Origin: a virus
Lineage: Duplodnaviria; Caudoviricetes
Length of the DNA stretch: 48,124 bases
Reading direction: 5' to 3' (one strand)
IMG/VR virus record: IMGVR_UViG_3300014160_000003
Span: 1 to 48,124 of that record
Under the pieces are notes generated by a model that was given only the letters and a program-made list of their open reading frames with translations, ran no database searches and was not told the origin of the DNA. The translations under genes and the position numbers were made by a program. Shown here piece by piece: positions 1-10,172 of this stretch (position 1 is its first letter; every line of letters begins with the position of its first letter).

Positions 1-77
1 GGCCCCGTGGGTCCAGTCGCGCCGGTCGCTCCGGTGGCACCTGTCGCGCCAGTTGCACCCACCGGTCCGGCCGATCC
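1..77 (-). repeat. Collagen-like Gly-X-Y tandem repeat (9-nt period)
   Basis: Encodes GSA GPV (GAT)5 GPT G. Confidence 0.9.
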
Positions 78-1097
78 CGTGCGCGTCACCTTGAGGACCA
101 GTGTGATCCTCTGGGCGGCGGTGCTGCTCTGCACGTTGAACGCGAGCACGTCGCCCGCCGCGATGCTGGTGTTCCAGCCGGCGAGCGTCGCGTCCTGGTA
201 GACCTCGGCCGTCACCAGCGTCGGCAGAGCGGACGCGCAGATCGAGTTGCCTACCAGGGGCGGGTAGCCGGAGGCGAAGTTGAGCTTCCAAATGTCGATG
301 ACTGCCGACGCCGTCTGGTCCGCGAGCAGCGTCACTTCCGTGATGGTGCATGGGAAGTCGATCGACAGGTATCCAGCCACGCCCGCGACGATGGCCACGC
401 CACCGCCGTCGATGACGAAGGTGATATCGGCGGGTCCGGGCGTCGTCGGGGCGGGATAAGATGCAGCGCTCAAGCCCGAGTCCTTGATGAGCTTGCCCGT
501 CGTCCCATCGTAGACCGCTATGTCACCGTCGACTGCCGAGGCCGGGCCGTTCACGTCGCCAGACGAGGCGGCGAGCGCGGTGCGGACGGCCTTCTCCGTG
601 GGCACGTTCGTGTCGAGGCCGGGCGTGCCGACGCTGGTGACCACGGCAGGCCCATCGACGAGCTGGCCGCTGCCGTTACTCTTGACCAGGTTGCCGGAGG
701 TTGGCACGGCGCCGCCGTTGACCTTGGCGACGGTGGGATCGGGATAGCTGCCGGAAAGATCCCCGCCCGCCGTTCCGGTCGGCGCGCCTCCGCCGCCCGC
801 TCCCCACTCGATGTCGGCGTCGGCCTCGACGTATTTGAGCACCTGGCCGTCTGTCGGCGCCGTGGCGCTCACGGGGATGCCCTGGATGCCCGCAACCTTC
901 GGCGCGTCCGCTGTGCCCGCCAGATCGCCCGCCAGCTTCAGGATTCCGCGTATGGTGGCCTGTGCAATGCGCACGAAGGCCGACACGTTCCGCGGCGTGT
1001 TCGGCGCCGTCGGGACGGCGTCCGCCTGCCATTCAATGTTCTGCGCCTCGGACGGCGCGGCCGGCGTGTCATCGTTGAGATTGATGATGGTGGCCAT
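1..1097 (-). CDS. Tail fibre/structural protein with collagen-like repeat (3' end runs off the window; absent from ORF track)
   Basis: Manual translation from ATG at 1097 (TAATG overlap with upstream stop): MATIINLNDDTPAAP... open to base 1, ending GSAGPVGATGATGATGATGATGPTG. Confidence 0.85.
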   Translation of the reverse strand, partial: MATIINLNDDTPAAPSEAQNIEWQADAVPTAPNTPRNVSAFVRIAQATIRGILKLAGDLAGTADAPKVAGIQGIPVSATAPTDGQVLKYVEADADIEWGAGGGGAPTGTAGGDLSGSYPDPTVAKVNGGAVPTSGNLVKSNGSGQLVDGPAVVTSVGTPGLDTNVPTEKAVRTALAASSGDVNGPASAVDGDIAVYDGTTGKLIKDSGLSAASYPAPTTPGPADITFVIDGGGVAIVAGVAGYLSIDFPCTITEVTLLADQTASAVIDIWKLNFASGYPPLVGNSICASALPTLVTAEVYQDATLAGWNTSIAAGDVLAFNVQSSTAAQRITLVLKVTRTGSAGPVGATGATGATGATGATGPTG

Positions 1098-4000
1098 TAC
1101 GTTCCGTTCACGGTATAGAGCGTCGGAGGCGTGCCGTCCGGATTAACCAGAATGCCGTCGAGGCCGGTCGGCGTGAACGTGTAGTCCACCACGGTGTCGT
1201 CGCTCAGCGATTGCGGGGCGCCGCCCATATTGTTAAACGCGCAAAACTTGAAGTGCAGCGTTTTGCCGACCCAGCCGGGGTCCATGGTGACTTTGAAAAT
1301 GCCCGCGCCGGTCAACTCGGCGAAGCGCGCGCCTATCGCATGATCCACGCCTTCCGGTGTGCCTGGCAACGGTGGCCAAACGGTCGCGCTGGGCGCGCCG
1401 AAGACGTCCCGCCGTAGGTGACTGCCACCCGTAGCCACGAGCGTGTAGCCGTAGCCACCTGTGGTCAAGTTGGCCAGCGCGTAACACATCAACTCGTAGG
1501 GGATGGCCGACGTCCCGCCGGCCACGTAACACGGATAAGCGAAATTGTCCTCGTCTGCGGTCTGGTAGCTCGGCAGCGTTCCGCGGCTCTCTGTCAGATC
1601 GACTTGCAGACTATTGGTTGAGTCCGGATCGGCCGCCGCCGGCCAATCTGCCGCCAGCACGCCCGTGGTGGCGTTGCCGATGATCACGCCAAGCTGGTTG
1701 TAGCTCGCCCCGCCATCGGTCGAGACGAACACGACGCAGCCGCCGTACGCCGGGTCCGAATCGCTCACAACGATCCATACCTGCTCTTCGTTCTGGTTTT
1801 GAGAGAGCGCGGGCACGGCTTCAAAAATGATCGGAGCGTTCACCGATGCCGGCGTCGTGGCCAGAGGCGGGATGTATGGAGAAACCGGTGTCACCGTGCC
1901 GGGCCCGGTTGGCGCAGAGAGGCCATAGATAAAGTCCTCGGCCTCGCAGATCATGTTATGCTTCGGATCTTCCTCGACGCTCCGGAGGCGCACTGGAAGC
2001 TTCGCGATGCCCTGCTTGCTGTCGGTAATGGTAATGAGGTCCATCGGATCTAAAAGCTTCCACCGCGCTTGGAGCTTGAATTTGTACGTGTTGAGCAGGT
2101 AGTTCAACCTGCGGACCTTCACGCCCAGGATCGCCTCGGCGACCGCCACGGAGTAGATGCAGGGCATCGTCTGCGGGGAGTCCTTGCGCGCGCCGAACAG
2201 TGCCACCGAGGCCTGGTCCGGCTGCGAGGTAACCACCTGGGCGTAGTCTCCGTCGCGGTTCGGGTGCTGGAAAGAGGCGATGTTGGGCGTGGCGATCCGC
2301 GGCTTGCGGTCGACTTCGACCGGAGGGCTGGAACTGTCGGAGACGTAATCGGCGTCGGTGATGTCGGCGACGGGTCCGGATGCGGTAGGCGAGCTGTACA
2401 CCGCTCCGTTGCCTGCCGTCGACTGCTCGCTCATGGGGATCGACTTCAACCGGAAGCCGCTCCACACCGGCGCGGCGTTGGCAGCCTGGTACAGTTCCGC
2501 CAGCCAATCTGAGGCCTTGCGCTGCGAATCCATCAGCAGCGATCCCTTCAGGCCGAACGCGGTGCATTGGAATCGCGTCTGCTGCAGCGAGTCGTAGTCG
2601 AGGATGTCGCCCAGCGGCCTGGGGTAGCTCACCGGCTGCGAGTTTTTAAACGACAGCATCACCACGCGCCAGCTCGGCGCTGGGTAGCCGGTCGGGACCG
2701 GGAACTCGACGTTGTAGGTGCCAGGAGCATGCACCACGCGGTAGTAGGAAGTCAGCGCCATGTCGCCCTGGTATGCGTTCAGCGGCGGCAGCGCCTGCCC
2801 GCACAGCGGCTTCCAGTTCGGATCGGCCATGCGCGGCTGGCTTCCGCTCGACCAGATAAAAGCAATTAGATAGCCCGGTTCGCCCAGCTTTACCGTGCTC
2901 TCCACAGCGCAGGATGGGACCGTGGGCGCGGTGCCGGTGGCCTGAGCTGTCAGGTCCAGCGTGTCCATGCCGCCGATCTCATAGATGTGCTCGCTGGCGA
3001 GTCCAGAGACGCCGCCGGCACTGAACCTGACCTGGTTCCAGACGATGGGCGATAACGAAAGCGGCGGGTTCGCCGGGCCGTTTGAAATCGCCGTCCAGAC
3101 CTGCTGCTCTGCTGTGCCGCCGGGAACCGCCGTCCAGGTATTTCCGGCGAGGTCCGATATATCGCTCGTCATGCTGCCAAAGTACGCCGCGACGAGGATG
3201 TTGCCAGCAGTGTTCACCAGGCAAAACGGCAGTGGCGCGCCGCCCTCATCGCTCGCGTATGCGTTTTTTTGGATGCAACCCGGGTAATCGCAGAGGCCGA
3301 GGCCGTTCTGGAGTTCGGACACCGCCTCCGTCGCGTCCACCGCGAGCGAGGCCTGCTGCATTCCCATGTGGAGGATGTGTTCGATGATGTCCGCAAATTC
3401 GGCGTCGCCCGTCGCGCCCATGGCACAGTCGGCAAGCAACTCGACCTGCATCTGCGGAATGGTGCCAGCCGACCCAAGATCGAGGCTCGAAGCGCCGAAG
3501 CCCGCGTAGTGCTTGTATTTGATCTGCTGGGCGGTCTCGCCGCACGACGCGAATTCTCCCTGGCTGCCCAGTTGCGCCTCCCAGGCTAAACGCATCTGCG
3601 CAAGCGGAGAATTCGAAGCCGCCAGCGCGGCGTAATAGATCGTAGCGGACTGGCCCAACTCCCCCATCAACTCGCCGCCCCACTGGAAATAGACGATGGG
3701 CGATCCCGGCTGGTTGAAATAGACCGGCCTTCCGCCCCAGGTGCCGGATATGGTCTTCAAGTGCCGCGCGTCGGTGGGGTTGCCGCCGGCCAGCGCCGCG
3801 TTCCAGCCTGGAACGTTCCACACCGTGCGGGTGCTGCCATCGTTGTACACCCACGGGGAGCCGCCATAATCGTCAAAGCTTACGCCGTCCACGCCGCCCG
3901 GCCACCACTCTGTGCCGAGCACAAACTCTACACCGACGACGCAATAGAACGCGGGGTCCGAGACGAGACAGAAGCCACCGTCCGCCCCCGTATTAACACC

Positions 4001-4306
4001 CGTGACGCTCTTGAATGTCAGCGGCAGCTTGACCTGGCCGTTGATCCACATTTGCAACGGGTAGAGGATCGGATTGTGCCCCAGCAGGAAGTCCGCGTTC
4101 TCGACGTACGTGGGCGGCCCTTTCTTCATCGACTTGAACTTCTTGCCGCTGCCTCCGCCTTGCCGCAAATTCTGGGCCCAGATCAGGTACGGCGACGAGC
4201 AGACGCGGCCGAACATCACCGGAATAACGGAGCCGTAGCACGAAGAGCTGAGCTGCGTGCCGAGCGCCGTGGGGCGCATTTGGGATTGGGCTTTGCCGCC
4301 TAGCAT
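1097..4306 (-). CDS. Tail tip / central fibre (host-specificity, GTA megatron-like) protein
   Basis: ~1070 aa; N-terminal YGSVIPVMFG motif, phage-tail-type middle domain, C-terminal GKTLHFKFCAFN; follows NlpC/P60 gene; start set at MLGGKAQ. Confidence 0.8.
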   Translation of the reverse strand: MLGGKAQSQMRPTALGTQLSSSCYGSVIPVMFGRVCSSPYLIWAQNLRQGGGSGKKFKSMKKGPPTYVENADFLLGHNPILYPLQMWINGQVKLPLTFKSVTGVNTGADGGFCLVSDPAFYCVVGVEFVLGTEWWPGGVDGVSFDDYGGSPWVYNDGSTRTVWNVPGWNAALAGGNPTDARHLKTISGTWGGRPVYFNQPGSPIVYFQWGGELMGELGQSATIYYAALAASNSPLAQMRLAWEAQLGSQGEFASCGETAQQIKYKHYAGFGASSLDLGSAGTIPQMQVELLADCAMGATGDAEFADIIEHILHMGMQQASLAVDATEAVSELQNGLGLCDYPGCIQKNAYASDEGGAPLPFCLVNTAGNILVAAYFGSMTSDISDLAGNTWTAVPGGTAEQQVWTAISNGPANPPLSLSPIVWNQVRFSAGGVSGLASEHIYEIGGMDTLDLTAQATGTAPTVPSCAVESTVKLGEPGYLIAFIWSSGSQPRMADPNWKPLCGQALPPLNAYQGDMALTSYYRVVHAPGTYNVEFPVPTGYPAPSWRVVMLSFKNSQPVSYPRPLGDILDYDSLQQTRFQCTAFGLKGSLLMDSQRKASDWLAELYQAANAAPVWSGFRLKSIPMSEQSTAGNGAVYSSPTASGPVADITDADYVSDSSSPPVEVDRKPRIATPNIASFQHPNRDGDYAQVVTSQPDQASVALFGARKDSPQTMPCIYSVAVAEAILGVKVRRLNYLLNTYKFKLQARWKLLDPMDLITITDSKQGIAKLPVRLRSVEEDPKHNMICEAEDFIYGLSAPTGPGTVTPVSPYIPPLATTPASVNAPIIFEAVPALSQNQNEEQVWIVVSDSDPAYGGCVVFVSTDGGASYNQLGVIIGNATTGVLAADWPAAADPDSTNSLQVDLTESRGTLPSYQTADEDNFAYPCYVAGGTSAIPYELMCYALANLTTGGYGYTLVATGGSHLRRDVFGAPSATVWPPLPGTPEGVDHAIGARFAELTGAGIFKVTMDPGWVGKTLHFKFCAFNNMGGAPQSLSDDTVVDYTFTPTGLDGILVNPDGTPPTLYTVNGT

Positions 4307-4764
4307 ATTGTCATCACCGCGATGCGCTGGCACGCCCACATGGGGTCGCGCGTTACGTCGAACAGTTCAACCACCGGATCTACAGCGTGGATCGCCACAG
4401 GCCACTCCAGGACGATGGCGCCGTGGTTATAGCGGCTGGATCGGACAGCTTTGACGAGCACGATGTCGCCCGGCTCTCCAGCGCACTGGCCCGGCCGCGC
4501 GAAGGTCTCGACGATGCGGCTGGCGTGTATGCGCGCCCATGCGAGATATCGTTCCTCGCTCGCGTGGCAAAACCAGTCGTCCGAGAAGACGGTCCGGTTG
4601 GCCTCATCAAATTCCTGCTCGTCGATGAGTGCACATGCATTCAAAACGCTTAAAACGAACGTAAAACAGTCTGCACCGACGCCCTTCGACGCCGCCCGCC
4701 GGCGATAGGGAGTGCCGAGCCAACTGCGCGCTTCCTCGACTACGCGGGACCGGAGATCGGACAT
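4300..4764 (-). CDS. NlpC/P60 family tail peptidase
   Basis: EARSWLGTPY...KGVGADC...PGDIVL...HGAI motifs; start set at MSDLRSR (ORF-track extension is the repeat array). Confidence 0.85.
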   Translation of the reverse strand: MSDLRSRVVEEARSWLGTPYRRRAASKGVGADCFTFVLSVLNACALIDEQEFDEANRTVFSDDWFCHASEERYLAWARIHASRIVETFARPGQCAGEPGDIVLVKAVRSSRYNHGAIVLEWPVAIHAVDPVVELFDVTRDPMWACQRIAVMTIC

Positions 4765-4779
4765 AACGTGCTGGCCAGC

Positions 4780-4955
4780 ATCGCCGTTGCCGGGCCAGAT
4801 CCGGATGTGGTAGACCATCGCCGTGGCCGGCGTTGATCGATCGCGCATCGCCGGCGGCGGCGTGCGGATCCGGTATCGCCGGAAGCGGCGTCGGGTGCCG
4901 GCGCGGCTCGCCGTTTCCGACGACGACGGCCGAACGCGCCGTTTCCGGCGAGGAC
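4780..4955. repeat. Array of six degenerate palindromes (A)TCGCC-N6-GGCG, ~30-bp period
   Basis: Units start at about 4780, 4817, 4847, 4875, 4907, 4935; similar to arrays at 36105-36295 and 34776-34856. Confidence 0.8.
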
Positions 4956-4964
4956 GCCGGCGGA

Positions 4965-5894
4965 TCAAGCCGCGCTGCCGCTCGCAGGCACGTACGGAAA
5001 CCCGACGTAGCTTCCGCCGCTCTGGTCAATCGGAAACGCTCCGGAGACGTAAAAGGTGTCGACGCCCACGGTCGGGGCGAACGGCAGCGGCGAGTAAAGC
5101 TGAATGCGGTTGTACTGCACCCCGTCGACCGTGATGGTGGAGTTGGCCGCTATGGCGCTCCAGCAGCCCTCCGCCGTGCCCCCGGTGCCGCGGTTGAAGA
5201 CGACGTAGCCTCCCACCAGCGTGCCGCCTCCGATGATCGTGGTGCCGGAGGGGTACGTCACGATCCCGATCAGGACCGTTGGCCCGCTGCCGGCGCAAAC
5301 GTTGAGCTGCGGGACGTAGGAGAAACCGGCTGGAGGCGTCGCCGCCTTGAATCCAGCCAGCGTATTCGTCGCCTCGATCACGTTATTGGGAACGCTCTGA
5401 TCCGCGGCAGACAGGAAGCTCTCGACGGTAAATTTGATCGATCCGCGCGCAATGGAGATCCGCTGAATCCACCCGCCGAACAGTTCGGCGCACCCGAAGG
5501 TGTCCGCGTCGCCCGGCGTGGGCATAAAACACGTCCATGCGCGGAATTTGGCGTTGTCGAAGAAGCCCGCGCGCGCCAGCTCGTACGGCGTGCCCGTGGT
5601 ACTGGAGATCGACGGACCGCCCGGCACAGCCTTCGGGGTCCACGTGACGTCGAGCGGCGACACCTCGAGCCCGACTTTGCTCTCCACCTGGCCGCGCGAG
5701 ATGACGGTGGGCAGAAACGTCCCCATCGCGGACCACAGGAGCGGTCCGTTGTAGTCTGTCAGCCAGAAGGAGCGCGGATCTTCCGCCTCCCCAATGAGGT
5801 AGAGCGTCGCGAGGGTAAGCTGGCGGTTGGCGTGCAGCCAGGCCACCACCGCGGCGGTGCTGTCGGTGAGGTTGCCGGCCAGGACGGTGCGCAT
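4965..5894 (-). CDS. DUF2163-like baseplate hub protein
   Basis: G.FDNA motif, C-terminal YVGFPYVP, position between DUF2460-like and NlpC/P60 genes. Confidence 0.75.
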   Translation of the reverse strand: MRTVLAGNLTDSTAAVVAWLHANRQLTLATLYLIGEAEDPRSFWLTDYNGPLLWSAMGTFLPTVISRGQVESKVGLEVSPLDVTWTPKAVPGGPSISSTTGTPYELARAGFFDNAKFRAWTCFMPTPGDADTFGCAELFGGWIQRISIARGSIKFTVESFLSAADQSVPNNVIEATNTLAGFKAATPPAGFSYVPQLNVCAGSGPTVLIGIVTYPSGTTIIGGGTLVGGYVVFNRGTGGTAEGCWSAIAANSTITVDGVQYNRIQLYSPLPFAPTVGVDTFYVSGAFPIDQSGGSYVGFPYVPASGSAA

Positions 5895-5929
5895 AAGTAC
5901 GGTCTAATTAGGGCCTAGTTGGGTACTGG

Positions 5930-6667
5930 TCAGACCAGGCCCACGCGGCTCGACATGAGCTTCAGCACGTCGGATTTCTGCGAATTCTCGCCGCCGAAGG
6001 TCCAGAGAAATGACATGAACTTTTCAAAATCCAGTTTGTCTGTTTCGAAGACCGCGCGGAAATAAAAGCCAAACTGCGCCGTGACGGGTGCCGCCGGCGC
6101 TTCGGTTCCCCACTCGATGTAGAGGCCGGAGTACGAGCCTCCCGGAACCGCCAGGCCCGGCCCGGCCACCGTGTAGCTCGTGGATGACACCAGCACACCA
6201 TTGGCGTATACCACGAGTGGCGCGACGCCGGCGTTCAGATCCGTCACGTCCTCCTGGAACATGCCGGCGAAGTTCCGCTGGATCGGCGAGTAATAGTTGC
6301 CGGCGCCGTCCGTTACCACCGCCAGCTCGCAGTCGAGGTTCGGTGTAGGCGGCGTGCCCGGCGTCATGGCCGGCCCGGAGTAGTTGTCGTCGGGATCGCA
6401 AAACAGGAAGTCGTCGAAGCGCCCCTGGCGCGCGAGGAAGAAGCCCATCATCGTCTGTAGGTCCGTGTACTTCACCGGCGGCACCAGGCGCGATGGATCG
6501 TTCCACATCCACTGGTAGAGCAGCTGCCAGTGCCATATTGGGTTTTGCGCCTGCGCCACGCGCACAGTGTGGAGCGCCGGACCAGTCTGAACGATGGAAG
6601 AGAACTCGGGTGACTTGACGCAGGAAAAGCCGAGGCCGGGGATGGAGGGGAAGACGGCGTTGCTCAT
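5930..6667 (-). CDS. DUF2460-like distal tail protein
   Basis: FP..PGL, MGFFLARQGRFDDFLF.DP and VTAQFGFYFRAVF motifs; directly after tape measure. Confidence 0.8.
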   Translation of the reverse strand: MSNAVFPSIPGLGFSCVKSPEFSSIVQTGPALHTVRVAQAQNPIWHWQLLYQWMWNDPSRLVPPVKYTDLQTMMGFFLARQGRFDDFLFCDPDDNYSGPAMTPGTPPTPNLDCELAVVTDGAGNYYSPIQRNFAGMFQEDVTDLNAGVAPLVVYANGVLVSSTSYTVAGPGLAVPGGSYSGLYIEWGTEAPAAPVTAQFGFYFRAVFETDKLDFEKFMSFLWTFGGENSQKSDVLKLMSSRVGLV

Positions 6668-9480
6668 GCCGCTTTCGGCTTCCAGCCGTACCGCATGGCG
6701 CGGTTAATCATGGCCGGCACCTCTCTGCGCACGCGCTCCATGACGGCGTCGGTGTCGGACGCGCCGTGGATGTTGATGTCACCGAACCTCACGCCGTGCG
6801 GAACGCCGCCTCCGGAGCCGCCGCCGGCCGCCCGCTGAATCCAACTGGACTCGCGAGCCGGCAGCACCATCTCCTGCTTGTGCAGGATGAATGGCGTATT
6901 ATCTTCCGCGACCAGCGCGCCCCCCGCAGCGCTCTTGTAGGAATTGCCCATTTCAATGACGGCAGTGGCAGCCGCCGGCGCCGCCACCAGGTTCGCGGGG
7001 AAGGGAACCACCTGCAGGACCTGTTCGAAGACGGTCAGCGCGGAGCCGCCAAGGTTGGCCACGGCTTTCGCCGCGCCGGCGGTCACCTGATCTGTGCCGG
7101 ATTCGCCGCCGCCTCCGGAGTCCTCGCCAGTGTCGAAGCCTGCGTCGGATTCCTCGCCACCTTCACCGCCCTCGGAGCCGCTCGACCTGGTTTTGAGCGC
7201 CTCCGTGTTGGACTGGATCGCCTGAGTAAGCTGGGTGACCGCCTGGGTATTCTGCTGTTCAACCTGCTGTTGGCTGTTCCCGCCCAGCGTTACGCCGATC
7301 GCCTTGCCAATAGTCGCGTTGAATAGCGGATTAAGAACCTTCTGCGTGAGCTGTGCTGCGGCCATCTTCTCGATGTCCCGCGTCCAGTCCATCACCATCT
7401 CGCTCCAGATCCCCTTTACCGCCGCAGCGAAGCGCTTATGCCCCTGTAGCCATTCGTTGATGCCATTGAAGAGCGCAGTGTTCATCTGCTCGATGCGCGC
7501 GCGCCAGTCTGCCACCTGCTCGTCCTCAACCTTGGCCACCGCCTGGCGGTGCTGCGCTTCGAGTTCGGCCTCTTTATCGAGCACCTGCTTACGGATTTCA
7601 AGTTCGGTCGCGCCCTGCGAGACCAGCAGCGTCTTTAGGCGCTCAAACGCAGCAACCTGCTCGGCGTAGTTTCTATCGGCCGCGGCCTTCTCGCGCGCGC
7701 CCCACTCCGCGCGGGAGATCTCGTGGTGTTTGAGCGCTTCTGCGTCGGACTGCTGCGCGGCCGAGAGTGCCCGCTTGGCCAGCGCCTGTGCGAGCGCCAG
7801 GCGCTCCTCGCCGTCCCGCACGTCCTGCTCTGCCTGTTTGCGCGCGCCTTCCTCGCCGAGGTGGTCGATCTCGCCGTTGAAGCGAATCTTCTCAGCCTCG
7901 ATCCTGGCGTCCACGTCGGCGACCGCCGCCGCCCGTTTGTTCGGGTCTGCGCCTTCGCCGGCGCGCTTTCTATCGTCCTCCATGCTGGCCAGCGTCGCGT
8001 TGTGCTTGATCGTGGCCGCTTCCTTTAGCAGGTCGGTCTCTTTGGAGATCTGGATCTTATGTGCGGCCAGAAGATCGGCAGCGGACTTCTCCTCGACCGC
8101 CGCGCGAGCGTCGTCGATGTCCTTCTGCGACGCCACCACGGAGGCGCGCTGGTCCTGCATCGCCGAGAGCCGTGCCGCGGCGTCCTTCTCCTGGATCTGC
8201 TGCACCTTAAGCTGGCTTTTCAGGTTTGCGTCGCCCTTGCTCACGTCCGGAGCGGTCTCCCCCCGCGCGCGCTTCTCCGCGCGAATCTTATTTTCCGCGT
8301 CGATGGCGTCGAGTTCTACTTTCAGCCGCGCCTGCTCGACGGCGATCTCCTCTTTAGCCTCCGCGCTCAATTCTCCGACGATCAGCGCGTTGCGGTTTTT
8401 GAGGAAGTCTGCGTAGATGGCGAGTGAGGCGAGGCCGACTGCTTTCTGCGTCTCGATCTCGTGCTGTGCGCGCGCTTCGGCCGCTGCGGTCATCTCGGCA
8501 GCGAGTTTCGCAGGGTCCTTGACCGTCGCCTCTTCCTTAAAGTCGCGCATCGACTTTGTCAGACCATCGATCTCTTTTTGCTGCTCTTCAAGTTGTTTGG
8601 TCATCCCGGTCATCTTTCCGGGATCGACAGAGGGCTGCGCGGCACTCACATGCAGGGGATCGGTTCGCAGCGCCAGCAGAGCATCGGGAATGTGCATCTT
8701 GGTGAGAAATTCCTGCTGCTCGACCAGGTCCTTCATGTGCTTCCGAGCGGCGATAAGCTCGGTATTGTAGTCCTGCATCGTCTTCACGGTGTTGGCCGTG
8801 TGCTCGCGGGTTTTCGCTGCGCCCGAAAGTCCCTCCTCGCTGGTCCTGCGCTGGTCCTCCCTGTTTTTCAGATTGTCCTTCACAAAGTCGGCGTTCTGTT
8901 TGACCGCCTCCTCGTAAGCCTTTTTCGCGGCAGAGGTGTACCCCATCCAGGCCTGCGCGGCTTCCCAAATCTTGCCGATCAATTGGCCCACGATCTCGAC
9001 CACCGCGACGACGGCAACGGCGGAAAACGCTGCAGCCATAATCGGCTGCACTCCACCCAGGCTCGACAAGTAGCTGGAGACGAAGCGGGGCATGTGTACG
9101 CCCATCTCTTCGCCGAGGCCGCGAATCGCGTGGCGCGCCTCGGTGGCCTGGCTCATGCCCCGTACAGTGGCTTCTGTGGCCACGTTAGCCGCCCCCGCGC
9201 CGGCCATCCGGGCCGCACGCAGCTCCGCCTCTGCCGCCGTGGCCGCCTGAAGCGCCGCCGCGTACTCGGTAATCGCCGCCTTGTCGCCGGCCAGCGCGGC
9301 GGCGCGCAGCGCGCTGGCTGCCTTCGACGACTGCGCGGCCTTGATTTCGGCCTCAGCCACCGCCTGGAAGCTGGCCTTCATCTGCTCGGCCGCGGAGCGA
9401 GTTACAGCGACGTTTTCCGCCATGCCGGCGCGCAGGCCGGATGTGTCGATGGTGGTCGTTACGCGAAGCGGCTCAGGCAT
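6664..9480 (-). CDS. Tail tape measure protein
   Basis: 938 aa, Ala/Glu/Lys-rich helical, C-terminal AAGG...LHKQEMVLPA motif, canonical position. Confidence 0.9.
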   Translation of the reverse strand: MPEPLRVTTTIDTSGLRAGMAENVAVTRSAAEQMKASFQAVAEAEIKAAQSSKAASALRAAALAGDKAAITEYAAALQAATAAEAELRAARMAGAGAANVATEATVRGMSQATEARHAIRGLGEEMGVHMPRFVSSYLSSLGGVQPIMAAAFSAVAVVAVVEIVGQLIGKIWEAAQAWMGYTSAAKKAYEEAVKQNADFVKDNLKNREDQRRTSEEGLSGAAKTREHTANTVKTMQDYNTELIAARKHMKDLVEQQEFLTKMHIPDALLALRTDPLHVSAAQPSVDPGKMTGMTKQLEEQQKEIDGLTKSMRDFKEEATVKDPAKLAAEMTAAAEARAQHEIETQKAVGLASLAIYADFLKNRNALIVGELSAEAKEEIAVEQARLKVELDAIDAENKIRAEKRARGETAPDVSKGDANLKSQLKVQQIQEKDAAARLSAMQDQRASVVASQKDIDDARAAVEEKSAADLLAAHKIQISKETDLLKEAATIKHNATLASMEDDRKRAGEGADPNKRAAAVADVDARIEAEKIRFNGEIDHLGEEGARKQAEQDVRDGEERLALAQALAKRALSAAQQSDAEALKHHEISRAEWGAREKAAADRNYAEQVAAFERLKTLLVSQGATELEIRKQVLDKEAELEAQHRQAVAKVEDEQVADWRARIEQMNTALFNGINEWLQGHKRFAAAVKGIWSEMVMDWTRDIEKMAAAQLTQKVLNPLFNATIGKAIGVTLGGNSQQQVEQQNTQAVTQLTQAIQSNTEALKTRSSGSEGGEGGEESDAGFDTGEDSGGGGESGTDQVTAGAAKAVANLGGSALTVFEQVLQVVPFPANLVAAPAAATAVIEMGNSYKSAAGGALVAEDNTPFILHKQEMVLPARESSWIQRAAGGGSGGGVPHGVRFGDINIHGASDTDAVMERVRREVPAMINRAMRYGWKPKAA

Positions 9481-9787
9481 ATTGTTGGCAGAGTTCTTGC
9501 ACTTGCTTGGGGAGACTGGAGAAAGGGCTGGCGGCCATGTCGGCTATGGCATGTTCTGTGGATGTCAATTTCTGGCGCTTCGCCGGCACCGCGCCGAGGC
9601 AGTGCGCGATACGGCGCAGCGAGACGTGAGCGGGTGGCGAGTCGCCCCAGGCTTCGAACGCCTCGATGGCGACGGGGAATGGAAGATCCCCGACCTGCTC
9701 GTAGCTCCAGCCGGTCGCGGTGATGATCCCCCAGCGGATCTCTGGTATGTTTAGCTCGCCGCCGGAGCCGCGGCGGCAGATTCCCCC
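9473..9787 (-). CDS. Tail assembly chaperone -1 frameshift extension (gpGT-like)
   Basis: Start-less open frame ELNIPEIRWGIITATGWSYEQVGDLPFP...QQYA*, entered by -1 slip at GGGGGAA (9787-9781). Confidence 0.75.
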   Translation of the reverse strand, partial: GGICRRGSGGELNIPEIRWGIITATGWSYEQVGDLPFPVAIEAFEAWGDSPPAHVSLRRIAHCLGAVPAKRQKLTSTEHAIADMAASPFSSLPKQVQELCQQYA

Positions 9788-10164
9788 GGCTTACCGTCCA
9801 CTGGAACGGTTTTGATCTTTAGGCCGGAAAACAGCATAAGTTCGTCGCGCAGCGTGTTGATCGACACGCTGTCCAGCTCCCCCGTGACGCGGGCGGCGTC
9901 CCACGTCTCCGCATCGCTGAGCACACCGCGTCCTGTGGCATCGACGCGCCCGGCGATGCGCGCTGCCTCGCGCGCGACGTTGTTAAAACTCCAGGCGATC
10001 GAGTCGTACATGACGAGCACAAATGGATCGTCCCGCAGCGAGTTGCCGGGCTGTTGGCCGGCCAGAGCGCCCAAGCGCTCGTTGTACTCATCCACCTGGT
10101 CAATCGTGAGCGGCGCGATGGTGAAAACCGCGCCGTCGATGGCGACTTCTTTCTTTCGAATCAT
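9751..10164 (-). CDS. Tail assembly chaperone (gpG-like)
   Basis: Between tail tube and tape measure; ends KPGESAAA over slippery site; RBS AGGA before MIRKKEV. Confidence 0.8.
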   Translation of the reverse strand: MIRKKEVAIDGAVFTIAPLTIDQVDEYNERLGALAGQQPGNSLRDDPFVLVMYDSIAWSFNNVAREAARIAGRVDATGRGVLSDAETWDAARVTGELDSVSINTLRDELMLFSGLKIKTVPVDGKPGESAAAAPAAS

Positions 10165-10172
10165 GGACAGTC

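Noticed and set aside
4780-4955. Palindromic arrays as CRISPR mini-arrays
   Set aside because: Units are degenerate and ~18 bp, linkers only ~10-20 bp and shared between loci; no cas genes
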